Positions 27,459-38,656 of a stretch of 64,000 nucleotides of DNA are shown here, in pieces. Source of the DNA: a virus. Each line of letters begins with the position of its first letter. The stretch's first letter is position 1. A model generated the notes under the pieces. It had not been told where the DNA came from, did not search any database, and was given only the letters and a program-made list of their open reading frames with translations. Made by a program: the position numbers and the translations under genes. The stretch lies in the IMG/VR virus record IMGVR_UViG_3300028920_000038, positions 64,001 through 128,000 of that record; one strand, 5' to 3'.

Positions 27459-28684
27459 TATGTATCCAACCTAGTTCCTTCAATCTTTATATGGAACTTT
27501 TCCCAATTAATAAAATCGTCGCTTATATTTTTTACAGCTATTATACGTTTTTCTCTGAGAGATGATAATCCATAACCTGAAATTGGTTCTAAAATTAATG
27601 TATTTCCAGAAGAATATGTCGAATCTATAAAGGTGGGTTTGCCTAATATTTTATATAATTCACGGACTGCTCCAGGAGTTACATTTTTAAATAATGTATT
27701 TCTAGCTCCTGAAGATAGAAAAGTTTCTACTATAACATTATAATTATCCTCATCCCATCTTGTAGCCCAGCAATCTATATAATTAGCGGGATATTGATTG
27801 CAGGAGTAATGGATTCTAAGAGAGTTTCCTTCTTTGTATGTATATCCAGCGGAAGTACCGAAGGTAATAGTAGAATCAAACCAATCTTCACCTCCACCTA
27901 AGTTATTAGAAGATATATACACCCTATAACAATATGAGGTATTTGGATTTAAATCAGTTAATTGTTGAGTAAGATATTCTCCACTAGTTACAATTTCTTC
28001 ATATTGACTACTATAACGCCATTCACTTGGGTCAGTGCCTCCTCCAGTGCTTCCTGTTTCATAATAGAATTTTACATTACCTGGACCTCCTGTACATTTT
28101 GCTGATAAAGTGACAATTGATACTCCAGATGCAACACACCCACTAACATTTGTTATTGTAGCTGTAGGGTTTTCTAAATATGAAGCATACATTTGTATTA
28201 ATTTTTCTGAACCAATCTGAGTAAAGTCTGGATCTAAGGTAGGTAAATATAGAGAAAAATCTCCACTACTACTAGCATAAAAATTCCTACCTGAATCCCA
28301 CCAATAATATTTTCCAGCTACAGTCTCTATACCAAGGGTTTTAATACTATCATCACCCCAAATTGCAACAATATATGTCTCATTAGCAGATATAGAAGAT
28401 GGACCGAATTGACCAGAAACCCATTCAATATTTCCTCCAGATGGTCCACTAAATGGATCTGTTTGAGCAATTAACTCTCTATTAGATGATAAATATACTG
28501 CAGCTCTAGCAAATTCAGTATGGTCCCATCTTTGTGTTTCAGTTGCCCCACTATAAACTCTAAGGAAAAATTGGTCTAATATTCCCGCTGAATTACTAGA
28601 ACCATATATATACTTTATTTGATTACTAAGTGCAGTAAAGGTACTGCCTGCATTAGAACTAAATCCTATTTCATTATATGTCAT
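27458..28684 (-). CDS. Tail-tip protein: beta-sandwich plus FN3-like plus Dit-like domain
   Basis: LTDLNPNTSYCYRVY is FN3-like; IDCWATRWDEDNY...TPGAVRELYKILGKPT is the shared C-terminal domain; directly downstream of the hub gene. Confidence 0.55.
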   Translation of the reverse strand: MTYNEIGFSSNAGSTFTALSNQIKYIYGSSNSAGILDQFFLRVYSGATETQRWDHTEFARAAVYLSSNRELIAQTDPFSGPSGGNIEWVSGQFGPSSISANETYIVAIWGDDSIKTLGIETVAGKYYWWDSGRNFYASSSGDFSLYLPTLDPDFTQIGSEKLIQMYASYLENPTATITNVSGCVASGVSIVTLSAKCTGGPGNVKFYYETGSTGGGTDPSEWRYSSQYEEIVTSGEYLTQQLTDLNPNTSYCYRVYISSNNLGGGEDWFDSTITFGTSAGYTYKEGNSLRIHYSCNQYPANYIDCWATRWDEDNYNVIVETFLSSGARNTLFKNVTPGAVRELYKILGKPTFIDSTYSSGNTLILEPISGYGLSSLREKRIIAVKNISDDFINWEKFHIKIEGTRLDT

Positions 28685-31600
28685 TATCCTATCTCCTGTT
28701 TATGTTCTAATTCTGCAACTTTTCTAGCAATATCATAAGGTTGTTTACCATAATTAATTGTAGTTGTAAATCCATTTTGGTCTATTCTTTGAGTATATGA
28801 TACTACATCCCATATCTCATTGATTCCAAAATTAGTTAAATTAGAAGAAAATCTATAATATGTATCGATGTCTGTAATTCCTTCAATAGTAACTGAACCT
28901 TTTTTAGGAATTGTTTCCATTCCAGATACTTCCAATTCAGCTCTTGCTTGAGCCTGTTCAAATGTTGTATAGCTAGAATCGGATATTTTCTTAAAATGTT
29001 TTCCATATTTATTTATACTCGTTTGATTAGAGGCTCTATAAGATATTTCTCCTTGTCTCCATCCAAGTTGAAATGACATATTTCCATCAGGGATTGTATC
29101 TGGATTTGTAGCATTCGTGCTCCAATTTATTCCATTATCCCAGGAGTAAGCTATTTTTCCATTATAAGGTGAAGAAACATCATAATGGTAAGCCCAATAA
29201 TCATCAGTTGTATAAACTCCTATTTTCCTAATAAAAACTTGTTCATCCTCATAATCAGTTGGTTCAAATCTTAACCAAAAATCTGACGTATAATAAGAAG
29301 ATGGTATTTTATAAGAAAATTGTTGTTCAGGTGCTGAAGGATTGGCTGTAGCTAACTCTACCCAAGAACTACTTGATGTCTTTCTTATTTTGCAAGTAAT
29401 TGGATTTCCAGTAACATCTCCATCAGTACCACAAACTTCGAATTCTACATATGATACATTAACTGAGTCAAGATCTATATTTTTCCATATATGACTATTA
29501 GGCCATATACTAATTGGTTTAGGAGATCCTCCATAAGCAGTATAAGTAGTTACAGTACCTGCTTGTTCCCAATCATCCTTATCAGTAGTTGGTCCATATT
29601 CATAGGAAAAACCTGAATCATATTCAGGTGAAGTAAATATCATCCACCATGTATTATTCTCTAATTCATCTGGAGCTAATTTTGGTTCAGAATATGTCTT
29701 CCATGAAGAATAGCTCGGAGGATAAGGAACATCTCCAGGAGACCAAGAAATATCATCAGACCATTCTACTCTAGTTCCAGATTTCGGTACTCCTCCTCCA
29801 ATAACCTTTTGAGCGTATAGTTGAGTTCTTCCTATAGAAGGTGAATTGGTTATAGGATAAGGAGCCCATTTAACTTTATTACAAACTCCACTAGTTTGGA
29901 AGCAATACATAAGAACTGCATTTTTACCGTCATCAACATCGGTAACAGAATTAGCACTCATATGAGTCCATGAAGATCCACTATTTAAAGAACCAGAATA
30001 TGATATATATTGATTATAAGTTACATTTGTCGGTTTAACTTCTAAAAAACTCATGTCCATATTATTAGCAACAGTATAATTATTTGTCTTAAAACATTTT
30101 CTTAATCCACTATAATGAGAACCACTTCCTATTACTCTGGCAAGTATTCCATAACTCCAAAGGTTAGCACCTTCGTATCCACTAAATTGTCTCATTTGTA
30201 CTTTTATTTTTCTTATTCCACTATATATCCAATCATCATCAAATAAAATTTCAGCCCATTCATCTGGTTCAGTTTCTAAATCTATTGCTCCATCAAATAC
30301 ATGAATCCAATCACTCCATGTTGTAGATATATATATGTCTCTCATCTCAACATCAGAATGAGATTGTGCGTTAGCCTTTGCGTATATACCATCACACAAC
30401 ATTGGAGCATCAAATTCATATATATCTGTTATTGTTCTATTATTTCCACCACCATAATCCTGAGCATAAGTAAGTAAACTTCCATCTATCAAAGCACCTT
30501 CAATACTACCTGGATCTCCATTCCAATGTTTGTATCCATCATATATAGTATACTCACATCCAATTGGATTCTTTGTCCCGCTATAATATTCGTGCCTACT
30601 AGTAGATATGTATATAGCTCCATTATATATCTTAGCTCCAGTGGCTTGTGAGGATAAAAATGAATTGTCGTTGAAATTATCATCAAAAATCTCGTCTTCA
30701 AATCCTCCAGAATCGTCAGAAATCATTAAACTTGCACTACCGATCCTTGGTGTAAAGTGTCCATTAGAGGATAATTTATAGTATACAATACATCCATCAG
30801 ATGATTCACTACCAAAGTCAACCCATTCTCCATCTTTTAATGTAAGTCGAGAACTACCACCATCATTAGTACCAGAGATAAATATATGATTTGATGAAAC
30901 GACTCCAGTTAGGTCCAATTTCATATATCTACAATCATTAGGATATGAAATACTAGAAATATACCCAATAGTTTCATAGTTGCTCCAAGAATAATACAGA
31001 TGTCCATCTATATTATATTCCCAACCATGATAACTAAAATGAAAACCACTACCCCAAGATGATCCCTTTCCATGATACAATTTTCCTGGTATAATGTCTT
31101 GCGTATATGTAGTTTTCAAATAAACTCTAGCTTCTTCTGCACCATAAGGTCCATCGTTACCTTTAATTAAAAATGCATATGTCTCACCACTAATCATTCT
31201 AATATAACTATCACTAACATCCACTAATACAAGTCCATCCTGCGATGGTATAGTAGTAGACCATAGTATATTCTCATCTTCTAATGCTCCTTTTCTTAAT
31301 TCCAATAGATATTCCCAACACCACATATGATCCCATAAACCAAAACCTAATAAACTAAAAAATCCATTATTTGAAGGTATAAAAGTTTGTGCGAAATATT
31401 CATTGTGAGTTTGAACTTCTGCATTATATGGAGTATGTTCTGCAACATAATAATAATTGCTATCATCAGATGTGGCTAAATTTAAATCACTATTTCTAAC
31501 ACATATATTAGAAGAATAACTAAATAAATCTAAATTGTTAAAATCGTCCTCAAACAATTTCAATTCTGTATTTTCCCATATTTCAAATTCAAGAGTTCCA

Positions 31601-32394
31601 GGAGCATCTGGATCTGTACTTCTATCTAAATATAACTTAATAGCAGATAGTCTTGGATCTTCTCCATCAAATCTTTGAGCTACAAGAACTCCATTTGGAA
31701 AAGGTTTTGATTGTGGATGATTTGGAGATACTATAGTCTTTGCAGAATAATCTGTACCTCCTATAACTAAACAATCATTAATTAAGTCTTCATCTGCTTC
31801 TTCTATAGGTTCCATATTTATAATATCATCTTCTGTTATAGAAAATTTATATGTACCGGAATGATAATAATATCTTAAATTATCTTCATTATCTACATAA
31901 AAACTAAAACCATCTATATCAGATAATCTACTTATAGCATCTCCTACTTGGATATTTGTTAAATTAATTTCACTAGTTAATGATATTCCTTTAGAAGTAT
32001 CTATGTAATCAGAACTTATGCCATCACAATAGTCATTAACTAAAGATGCAACTATATTAGTAGTGGTTCCTGAGTATAAAGCATTTTCATCAGTAACGTA
32101 TCTCCAAAGATCATATGTTTTTCCAACTAATTGATATGTATCGAATTTAGTTCCTTTCTCTACAGTTTGCTGTCTTCTTGAAACGTATCCATTAAATTGT
32201 AAAGATCCATCTATGAAGATCATACATGTATCTCCAACATTTTGTGCAGATACTTTATATAATTGTACCACTCCATTTTGATAATATGAATCGTCTGAAT
32301 TTGTTATTTCTATGAAAGATATATTATCTCCAGGAAAATAATGTACAGTGCTAGCTCCTCCTGAATTAAAATATATATCATATTTATTTGTCAT
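28684..32394 (-). CDS. Baseplate hub/Tal-like protein with a large inserted region
   Basis: Follows the tape measure gene. N-terminal IDGSLQFNGYV...LVGK.YD, GFSFYVD..DNL.Y and C-terminal SINKYGKHFKKISD..YTT.EQA..RA..E...IPKKGSVTIEG hub patterns. Confidence 0.7.
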   Translation of the reverse strand: MTNKYDIYFNSGGASTVHYFPGDNISFIEITNSDDSYYQNGVVQLYKVSAQNVGDTCMIFIDGSLQFNGYVSRRQQTVEKGTKFDTYQLVGKTYDLWRYVTDENALYSGTTTNIVASLVNDYCDGISSDYIDTSKGISLTSEINLTNIQVGDAISRLSDIDGFSFYVDNEDNLRYYYHSGTYKFSITEDDIINMEPIEEADEDLINDCLVIGGTDYSAKTIVSPNHPQSKPFPNGVLVAQRFDGEDPRLSAIKLYLDRSTDPDAPGTLEFEIWENTELKLFEDDFNNLDLFSYSSNICVRNSDLNLATSDDSNYYYVAEHTPYNAEVQTHNEYFAQTFIPSNNGFFSLLGFGLWDHMWCWEYLLELRKGALEDENILWSTTIPSQDGLVLVDVSDSYIRMISGETYAFLIKGNDGPYGAEEARVYLKTTYTQDIIPGKLYHGKGSSWGSGFHFSYHGWEYNIDGHLYYSWSNYETIGYISSISYPNDCRYMKLDLTGVVSSNHIFISGTNDGGSSRLTLKDGEWVDFGSESSDGCIVYYKLSSNGHFTPRIGSASLMISDDSGGFEDEIFDDNFNDNSFLSSQATGAKIYNGAIYISTSRHEYYSGTKNPIGCEYTIYDGYKHWNGDPGSIEGALIDGSLLTYAQDYGGGNNRTITDIYEFDAPMLCDGIYAKANAQSHSDVEMRDIYISTTWSDWIHVFDGAIDLETEPDEWAEILFDDDWIYSGIRKIKVQMRQFSGYEGANLWSYGILARVIGSGSHYSGLRKCFKTNNYTVANNMDMSFLEVKPTNVTYNQYISYSGSLNSGSSWTHMSANSVTDVDDGKNAVLMYCFQTSGVCNKVKWAPYPITNSPSIGRTQLYAQKVIGGGVPKSGTRVEWSDDISWSPGDVPYPPSYSSWKTYSEPKLAPDELENNTWWMIFTSPEYDSGFSYEYGPTTDKDDWEQAGTVTTYTAYGGSPKPISIWPNSHIWKNIDLDSVNVSYVEFEVCGTDGDVTGNPITCKIRKTSSSSWVELATANPSAPEQQFSYKIPSSYYTSDFWLRFEPTDYEDEQVFIRKIGVYTTDDYWAYHYDVSSPYNGKIAYSWDNGINWSTNATNPDTIPDGNMSFQLGWRQGEISYRASNQTSINKYGKHFKKISDSSYTTFEQAQARAELEVSGMETIPKKGSVTIEGITDIDTYYRFSSNLTNFGINEIWDVVSYTQRIDQNGFTTTINYGKQPYDIARKVAELEHKQEIG

Positions 32395-32399
32395 ATTGT

Positions 32400-35300
32400 T
32401 TACCTCGATGCTCTAGACCTATATTTCAATTCTGACATAAATGCATCTGCATTAGTTACATTATTTAAATTGATAGGTCCATATACATTAACATTTTCAT
32501 TAGTAGTGTCTCCATAGTCTATTGGTCCTTCTCCTCCTGTAACTCCTCCTCTCTGAAGAGCTATTAAATCTGGATAATATTTTGGTATTATATATCTTAA
32601 TAGTTTTTCTCCATATTTTCTATTTATACCTTCCAAAGGAATTACTGCTTCTGCTCCTTTTTCACCTATCATAGCAAATGTAGGTCCACTTGTTTTCTTT
32701 ATTCCTTTTTGTAATCCTAGAATTCCACCTTCAGCATGATTTCCACCTTGGTATACATCTCTATGATATGTTGTGTGCATAGTACTAACATTTGCTGGAA
32801 TACTACCTATAAGTCTTATTATTTTAATTAGCTTGTTTTCTGAATCTCCAGTATCAGTTTTTACTTTAACTTTTCTTTCTATTTCACTAGGTATATCATC
32901 AGTTGTTCCATTCATCAAATTTGCACTTTTGTTTAGTACTGAGTTTATTGCATCTTGACTTGCTTGACTCCATAGGAAATTTAATGTTAGCTCCTTATCT
33001 AATGCTCCAAGGTCTGGTAGCATTGCATTAAATTCTTCCAGAGTTGGTGTCTTTATTAATTTAGTGATATTTAGTTTATCAGTACCAACCAAATTTCTGA
33101 AGAATGCAACTCCACCAAGTGGTGTAGATGGAAAGTATAGTTTCTTTTTATCTTCATCACTAAGAGATGTAAACAATGTATTTATATCAGATTGAGTTAG
33201 ATTTGGTCTTATTGATATTTCTTGAGGAGAAGCACTTTTTGTTGCTTCACCTATTTGATCTATAATTCCATCTTTATCAACAGTATACTCTAAATTACCT
33301 AGCATAAATGTAGTTCCCTCTACTGTAGTTTTAACAGTAGACATATCTGCAGCAAATGGAAGTTTTATTCCTTCAGGCATCATACCTTCTAAAGCTGGTA
33401 TATATTCAGTTGGTATAGCAGATAAGAATGTTTGCCAATTCTTACCGTCCCATTTAGTATCTAATTTAAATTCTGCAGAGAATCTATGAAATATGTCAGA
33501 TAATTGACTGATTTGAGTAGAAGTTAATTTTCCTATCCAAGTGTTCCAATCATATCCATCCCATTTTACATCAAAATCTAATAATTCTTCCATGCCTGCA
33601 AATGATTTAGTTATCCAGTCCTTAGCTTCTTCTGTATTAAATATCTCTTCCCAGTCATCTCCTTTCCATTCATTTATATTGCTTGGTACTTCCTTAAATA
33701 TATCTCCAAATTTCTTATTTAAACTCTTAGCAAATGATTTTCCTAATATACTAGTTCCTATTACTTCATCGAAAGTTTCCCAATCAGTTTCATCCCAACT
33801 AACAGTCATATCTGGTGTGAATATTACATCATTTTCTTCCATATCTTTTAGGAATGCATTAAAGTTATCTCTCCATTGTTGTAAATCAGCCATTTCAGTA
33901 AAGTTAATTTGTATAGCAGTTTCCATAGAATTTAGATCTACTCCTTGAAGTTTTAATATCATTTCTAATGTTTTCTGAAGAGAATCTCTGGTTTCTATTA
34001 GTATATCATTTGTTTTTTCTAATGTTTCATTAATTTCAGCTAATGTACCTACACCACCATCAGTAGTATCCCAAGCAGATGCAGCAGCATTACGAAATGC
34101 CTCCATGTTTTCTATGCCAAGTTCTTCCGCTAGAGCAGCCTCTGTCATTCCTTGTTCCCATACTCCAATAGCATTACCCATTTGTATCATTGAAGCAGCT
34201 GATATTATACCAGCCTGTCCATATTCTTCTAGTATTTGGTCCATATTCATTCCATAGAAGTTTTCTAGAGTAGAGATTACTCCGTCCATACTTCCACCAA
34301 ACTCATCCCATATACCTAGATTTTCTAGCATTACTTGTGCTACGGTTTTACCAGCATGTTCACTTCCCTCTCCATATACATCGAAAAGGTCTCTTTGTTC
34401 ATCTAGTAATCCACCAACAGAACTAGCATTTACTGTTGAGTCAATTAATGCTTTGCCCATTGTTGCAGCATTCTTTATTACTCCTTGCATTGATTCAGAT
34501 AGAGCGTTATTAGCTAAACCTAATTCTAGTTCTGCCTCTGCAGCTTCATAAGCATTATCAGCAATATCGTACCATGCTTCTGCTGCTTCAGAAGATATTA
34601 TTCCTTGATCAATTAAAGAATCCATTATTGGACCTAAAATATCTTTGTATTTTTGAGTTGTATTTGTTAGATTATCTTGTGCATCATTATAAGCAATTAT
34701 TGTATCTAATTCCTCTTGTGTTATTATTCCCTGAGAGACTAAGTCTTGTAAGTCAGCGAGCTCTTCAGCATACGCAGCAGTTCCTGCTTCTGTATTCATG
34801 AATTCTTCTACTTCTTCTCTTTGTGCATCGTTAAGTCCATCTATAGCATCCATAAATCCTTTGTTTAATTCAAGAACTTCTCCTTCTGCTTCCTTTAATT
34901 CCTTAAATCCTTCTATGATCTCATCATTTATCATTCCCTGCTCAGCTAGTGTCTCGAATAAATCTGATAATTGACTTCCTTCGTCTTTTCTTAATTTATA
35001 TAACTTTAGTTCAATTTCATATATTTTGTCTTGAGCTTCTAGATAATGTTTTAGGTGTTCATTAGTTATTTTTGTAGCTTCTTCTAATAATCTCATATAA
35101 GCAGCTTGTTGAGCTTCTAATTTCAACTGCTCCTCAGTTTGACTAGTTAGAGTCTCCCTTAACTCCATAAAGGCTTCAGTTATTTCCATTAAATCTCTTT
35201 CAGCTGCAGTTGCTTTTATAGTTACTATTCTAGCTTCATCTTTATTTTCTAACCACTCTGCCATTACATTTGTATTGCCTGCTACCATCTTAGTTATTTC

Positions 35301-38300
35301 TTGATAAGAATATCCCAAATCTATAAGTTCATTATATGTTTTATTTGCAGTATATCCAGTTTCACTCATCATAGTATTCCACATGCTTTGAGCTTGAGCT
35401 GCTGAAGTAGTAGCTTCTTCCTGTTCTATCATTCTATCTACAATATCTTTAGCTATACTTGCAAGTTCAACTTCTTTTTCTTGAGCTTCTTTAGAATTAG
35501 CTCCATATTTACCTAATGCTTCTGCATATTCTAATACAAGATCTGTTTCTCTTTGTCTTGCTTGAGCAATATCATCAATTATATTGCTTACATTATTTAA
35601 TGACTTATAATATTCTTCTAAATATCCAACTGCATCATCCATAGCTTCAGAATAATTTCTTACTTCCTGTAAGAGTCCTCCTATACTATTTATAAGATCC
35701 TGATTTACCTCATTCAATTTTTCTTCCGCTTCTATTAATTCATTCTCTGCATCTATAAATGCTTGAGAATCGCTGATGCCTTCAGCTTTCATATCATTGA
35801 CTTTCTCCAATGCAAGTCTATATACTCTAGAAGCATCAGATACTTCTCCTAATTTATCTTGTAAAACAGCTTCTTCTCCTATTAATAGATGTGTCATTCT
35901 TTTTAAATCTACTCCATAATTAACCAATTCTTCCATTGAATCAAACCTATCAGCATATGCCTTATCTGTCAGATGTAGAGCTTCTGCTATTCTTTTTGAA
36001 GCAAATTCAACAGTAGATGCAACCGCTTCTGAAGATATAGCTTCTTGTTGTGTATTTTTCATGAAAATTCCTGATAGTTCTTTTTTAGCCCAAGCTCCAA
36101 GAGATGCAAGTTGTCCTCCTATGCCTCCCATAGATTTTGACATCTGTTCTAAAGCTTCACCTTCTCTATATAAACTTTCTGAATCTAAAATTCCTCTTCC
36201 TAATATTCCTAATCCTCCAAAAGTTTCTGTTAACAAATCTAGAGGATTCATAAGCTCTTTAGTAGATTTTACTTGTTGAACATTCATAGCTGAAACTAAG
36301 GTTGACATTTCTGCTAAACTACCTAGTGACTCAGCTGCTCTTTCATTAACACTAACCCAGTCAAGTTCTTTATCACTGAGATATGCAACTGCATCAGCGA
36401 ATCCCATACTAGAGTTAGATGCAGCCCATGAAGCAACCTCAAGCATCGATAATTCAGTTGCTAAATAATCTAAATCAATGCCTGCTTTCTTTACAGTATC
36501 TCCTAAACTACCAAAATCTCTATTTAGAGTATTGAAATAAGCAGACACTGCTAATACTGCTACGGCTGCAGCTAATAAAACTGGAATTGCTACTTTTAAT
36601 GCCATTGCACTAGCAGCTGCTGTTTTTTGAGCTGCAGATAATTGTACATTAGCTATAGAAAGAGCTTCAGTTACAGGTATGTCCTCTTCTTTTGCTATAG
36701 TTAATGCTCTCTGTAGTAATGCTGTAGTAGCTAAATTAGGATTAAGTGACATTCTGGCAGCAGCTTCAGCAGTTAATTGTTTGTTGTATATTCCCATAAA
36801 GGCAGCCTTAGCTCTTAATGCTTGGTCTTCCTTAATTGATAGTGCTAAATAAGCTTGTTTTAAAACAGTTTGAGCCTTAGTTAATTTATTTGAAATTAAT
36901 CTTGCTGCTAATTCCTTTCCCAATGCACTAGTAAGTATTGCCTCTCTAGCAATCTCTTTTCCTAATAGTGCTAAATATAAAGTTTTTAATGTAAGGAGAC
37001 CAGAAACTATACCTCTAACAGCCATTAAAGTTCCTTTCCATGTTATATAAGCTACTATTAATGTCTTTATTATATTCCAATTTTTTTGAAGAAATCCGAT
37101 AAAAACTGATAGAGCTGGTAATACAGAATCCTTAATGAATCCAGCTAATTCTCTAAGAAATGGAGAAAGTTTATTTCCAATTTCTATAGCGGTTTCTGAG
37201 AAAGCATTCTGTAATAGTGTTAAAGAACCCCATAGAGTATCTGTTTGAGTTTGTGCAACTGATTTAGTAATTCCAGCTGAACTTTTAAGCATTGAATTAT
37301 ATTCAGATACTTTATCTGCTGAATCCACCAATACAGCAGCTGCAGCGGCAGTTCTTGCTCTAAACATATTAGCAGCAGTTCCAGCATCAAAATTAGCTGC
37401 TTTTAATTTATATAATATTTCTGTTAAAGAATATATTTCTGGGTTTAAATCTTGTACAGTCAATCCCATTCCTTCAAGCATCTCTACTGCTTCATCAGTT
37501 GGTTTTAATAATTTAGTAAATATCATATTTAGACGTTGACCAGCTTGCGATCCAGTCAAACCAGTGTCTGTTAAAACTGCAAGAGCAGCTGATACTTCTT
37601 CCAATTCTACACCTATTGCACCAGCTATTGGACCAACGTATTTCATAGCCTCTTGCATTTTCTCAAATGTCATAAATGAATTGGTAATAGTAGCTGTAAA
37701 TGTATCTACTATTCTTTCAGTATCTTCTATAGCTAATCCAAATGCTTTCATAGCTGTAGCAACAGAATATGTAGCTTCAGAAAGTTCTGATTGTGTAGCT
37801 GCTGCATAATCCAATATAGGTTGTAAATCTTTTTCTGTCATGTCTGCTACATCATAACCAGCACTAGCTAGATTATAGAATGCATCTGCTACTTTTTGTG
37901 CAGAGAATACTGTAGTTCTTCCAAGTTCTTGAGATACCTGCATAATATGATCCCTAACTTTTTCAAATGATGATCCTAAATATCCTGCTACTGTGGCTGC
38001 ATTTGTGGCTGACCTTTCAAACTCTGAAAATGTTTCTATCATCTGTTGGATACCATTCCGAAGGGCCATTACCATCTGAACACCAATAGTAAAAGTTAAA
38101 TAATGAGCAATCATACCAAATAGATTTCTTAAATTAAATGCCTTCTTTATTATAGAACCAAATGACTTACTAACTCCTTGATCCATTTTTATAGAACCTT
38201 GTATCATTCCATCCTTTAGGGTTCTGAAACTTACATTTGTCTTATCGTAAGCCATTCCCAATTCTAATATTCTTGGTTTTAATTGTTCCATTACTTCCAT

Positions 38301-38648
38301 TTGAGTTTTTCCCATAGCGACTCCAGGACCCGCTAAATCGGGTGCTGTAGTAGGAGCTATTGTTTCTTTAACTTTAGTAGCTCCTCCCATTTTAGCTAAA
38401 CCCATTTCTTTCATAGCTACAGCTGCTCTTTCAGTAGCTGTGGCTAATTCACTCATAGCTTTAGTGTGGATTTTAATTTGACTCATAAACCCTTGTGGAA
38501 ATGCAAAGGGTCCTCTCTTACCTGCTCCAGCAGCTTTTCTAATTTCTTGATTAAAACTACCTAAAGCTTTTTGGACTTTATTAATTTCACTAACGAATTT
38601 GCTAGCATTAGCAATTATATCAAATCTTATTTGGCCAATTGTTGCCAT
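32400..38648 (-). CDS. Tail tape measure protein (TP901-family core), 2082 aa
   Basis: ELGRTTVFSAQKVADAFYNLASAGY, MKYVGPIA...GVELEEVSAALAVL.D.G..GSQAG..L core; long Ala/Glu helical region; C-terminal AEGG...GPTFAMIGEKGAEAVIPL. Confidence 0.92.
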   Translation of the reverse strand: MATIGQIRFDIIANASKFVSEINKVQKALGSFNQEIRKAAGAGKRGPFAFPQGFMSQIKIHTKAMSELATATERAAVAMKEMGLAKMGGATKVKETIAPTTAPDLAGPGVAMGKTQMEVMEQLKPRILELGMAYDKTNVSFRTLKDGMIQGSIKMDQGVSKSFGSIIKKAFNLRNLFGMIAHYLTFTIGVQMVMALRNGIQQMIETFSEFERSATNAATVAGYLGSSFEKVRDHIMQVSQELGRTTVFSAQKVADAFYNLASAGYDVADMTEKDLQPILDYAAATQSELSEATYSVATAMKAFGLAIEDTERIVDTFTATITNSFMTFEKMQEAMKYVGPIAGAIGVELEEVSAALAVLTDTGLTGSQAGQRLNMIFTKLLKPTDEAVEMLEGMGLTVQDLNPEIYSLTEILYKLKAANFDAGTAANMFRARTAAAAAVLVDSADKVSEYNSMLKSSAGITKSVAQTQTDTLWGSLTLLQNAFSETAIEIGNKLSPFLRELAGFIKDSVLPALSVFIGFLQKNWNIIKTLIVAYITWKGTLMAVRGIVSGLLTLKTLYLALLGKEIAREAILTSALGKELAARLISNKLTKAQTVLKQAYLALSIKEDQALRAKAAFMGIYNKQLTAEAAARMSLNPNLATTALLQRALTIAKEEDIPVTEALSIANVQLSAAQKTAAASAMALKVAIPVLLAAAVAVLAVSAYFNTLNRDFGSLGDTVKKAGIDLDYLATELSMLEVASWAASNSSMGFADAVAYLSDKELDWVSVNERAAESLGSLAEMSTLVSAMNVQQVKSTKELMNPLDLLTETFGGLGILGRGILDSESLYREGEALEQMSKSMGGIGGQLASLGAWAKKELSGIFMKNTQQEAISSEAVASTVEFASKRIAEALHLTDKAYADRFDSMEELVNYGVDLKRMTHLLIGEEAVLQDKLGEVSDASRVYRLALEKVNDMKAEGISDSQAFIDAENELIEAEEKLNEVNQDLINSIGGLLQEVRNYSEAMDDAVGYLEEYYKSLNNVSNIIDDIAQARQRETDLVLEYAEALGKYGANSKEAQEKEVELASIAKDIVDRMIEQEEATTSAAQAQSMWNTMMSETGYTANKTYNELIDLGYSYQEITKMVAGNTNVMAEWLENKDEARIVTIKATAAERDLMEITEAFMELRETLTSQTEEQLKLEAQQAAYMRLLEEATKITNEHLKHYLEAQDKIYEIELKLYKLRKDEGSQLSDLFETLAEQGMINDEIIEGFKELKEAEGEVLELNKGFMDAIDGLNDAQREEVEEFMNTEAGTAAYAEELADLQDLVSQGIITQEELDTIIAYNDAQDNLTNTTQKYKDILGPIMDSLIDQGIISSEAAEAWYDIADNAYEAAEAELELGLANNALSESMQGVIKNAATMGKALIDSTVNASSVGGLLDEQRDLFDVYGEGSEHAGKTVAQVMLENLGIWDEFGGSMDGVISTLENFYGMNMDQILEEYGQAGIISAASMIQMGNAIGVWEQGMTEAALAEELGIENMEAFRNAAASAWDTTDGGVGTLAEINETLEKTNDILIETRDSLQKTLEMILKLQGVDLNSMETAIQINFTEMADLQQWRDNFNAFLKDMEENDVIFTPDMTVSWDETDWETFDEVIGTSILGKSFAKSLNKKFGDIFKEVPSNINEWKGDDWEEIFNTEEAKDWITKSFAGMEELLDFDVKWDGYDWNTWIGKLTSTQISQLSDIFHRFSAEFKLDTKWDGKNWQTFLSAIPTEYIPALEGMMPEGIKLPFAADMSTVKTTVEGTTFMLGNLEYTVDKDGIIDQIGEATKSASPQEISIRPNLTQSDINTLFTSLSDEDKKKLYFPSTPLGGVAFFRNLVGTDKLNITKLIKTPTLEEFNAMLPDLGALDKELTLNFLWSQASQDAINSVLNKSANLMNGTTDDIPSEIERKVKVKTDTGDSENKLIKIIRLIGSIPANVSTMHTTYHRDVYQGGNHAEGGILGLQKGIKKTSGPTFAMIGEKGAEAVIPLEGINRKYGEKLLRYIIPKYYPDLIALQRGGVTGGEGPIDYGDTTNENVNVYGPINLNNVTNADAFMSELKYRSRASR

Positions 38649-38656
38649 ATTTATAC

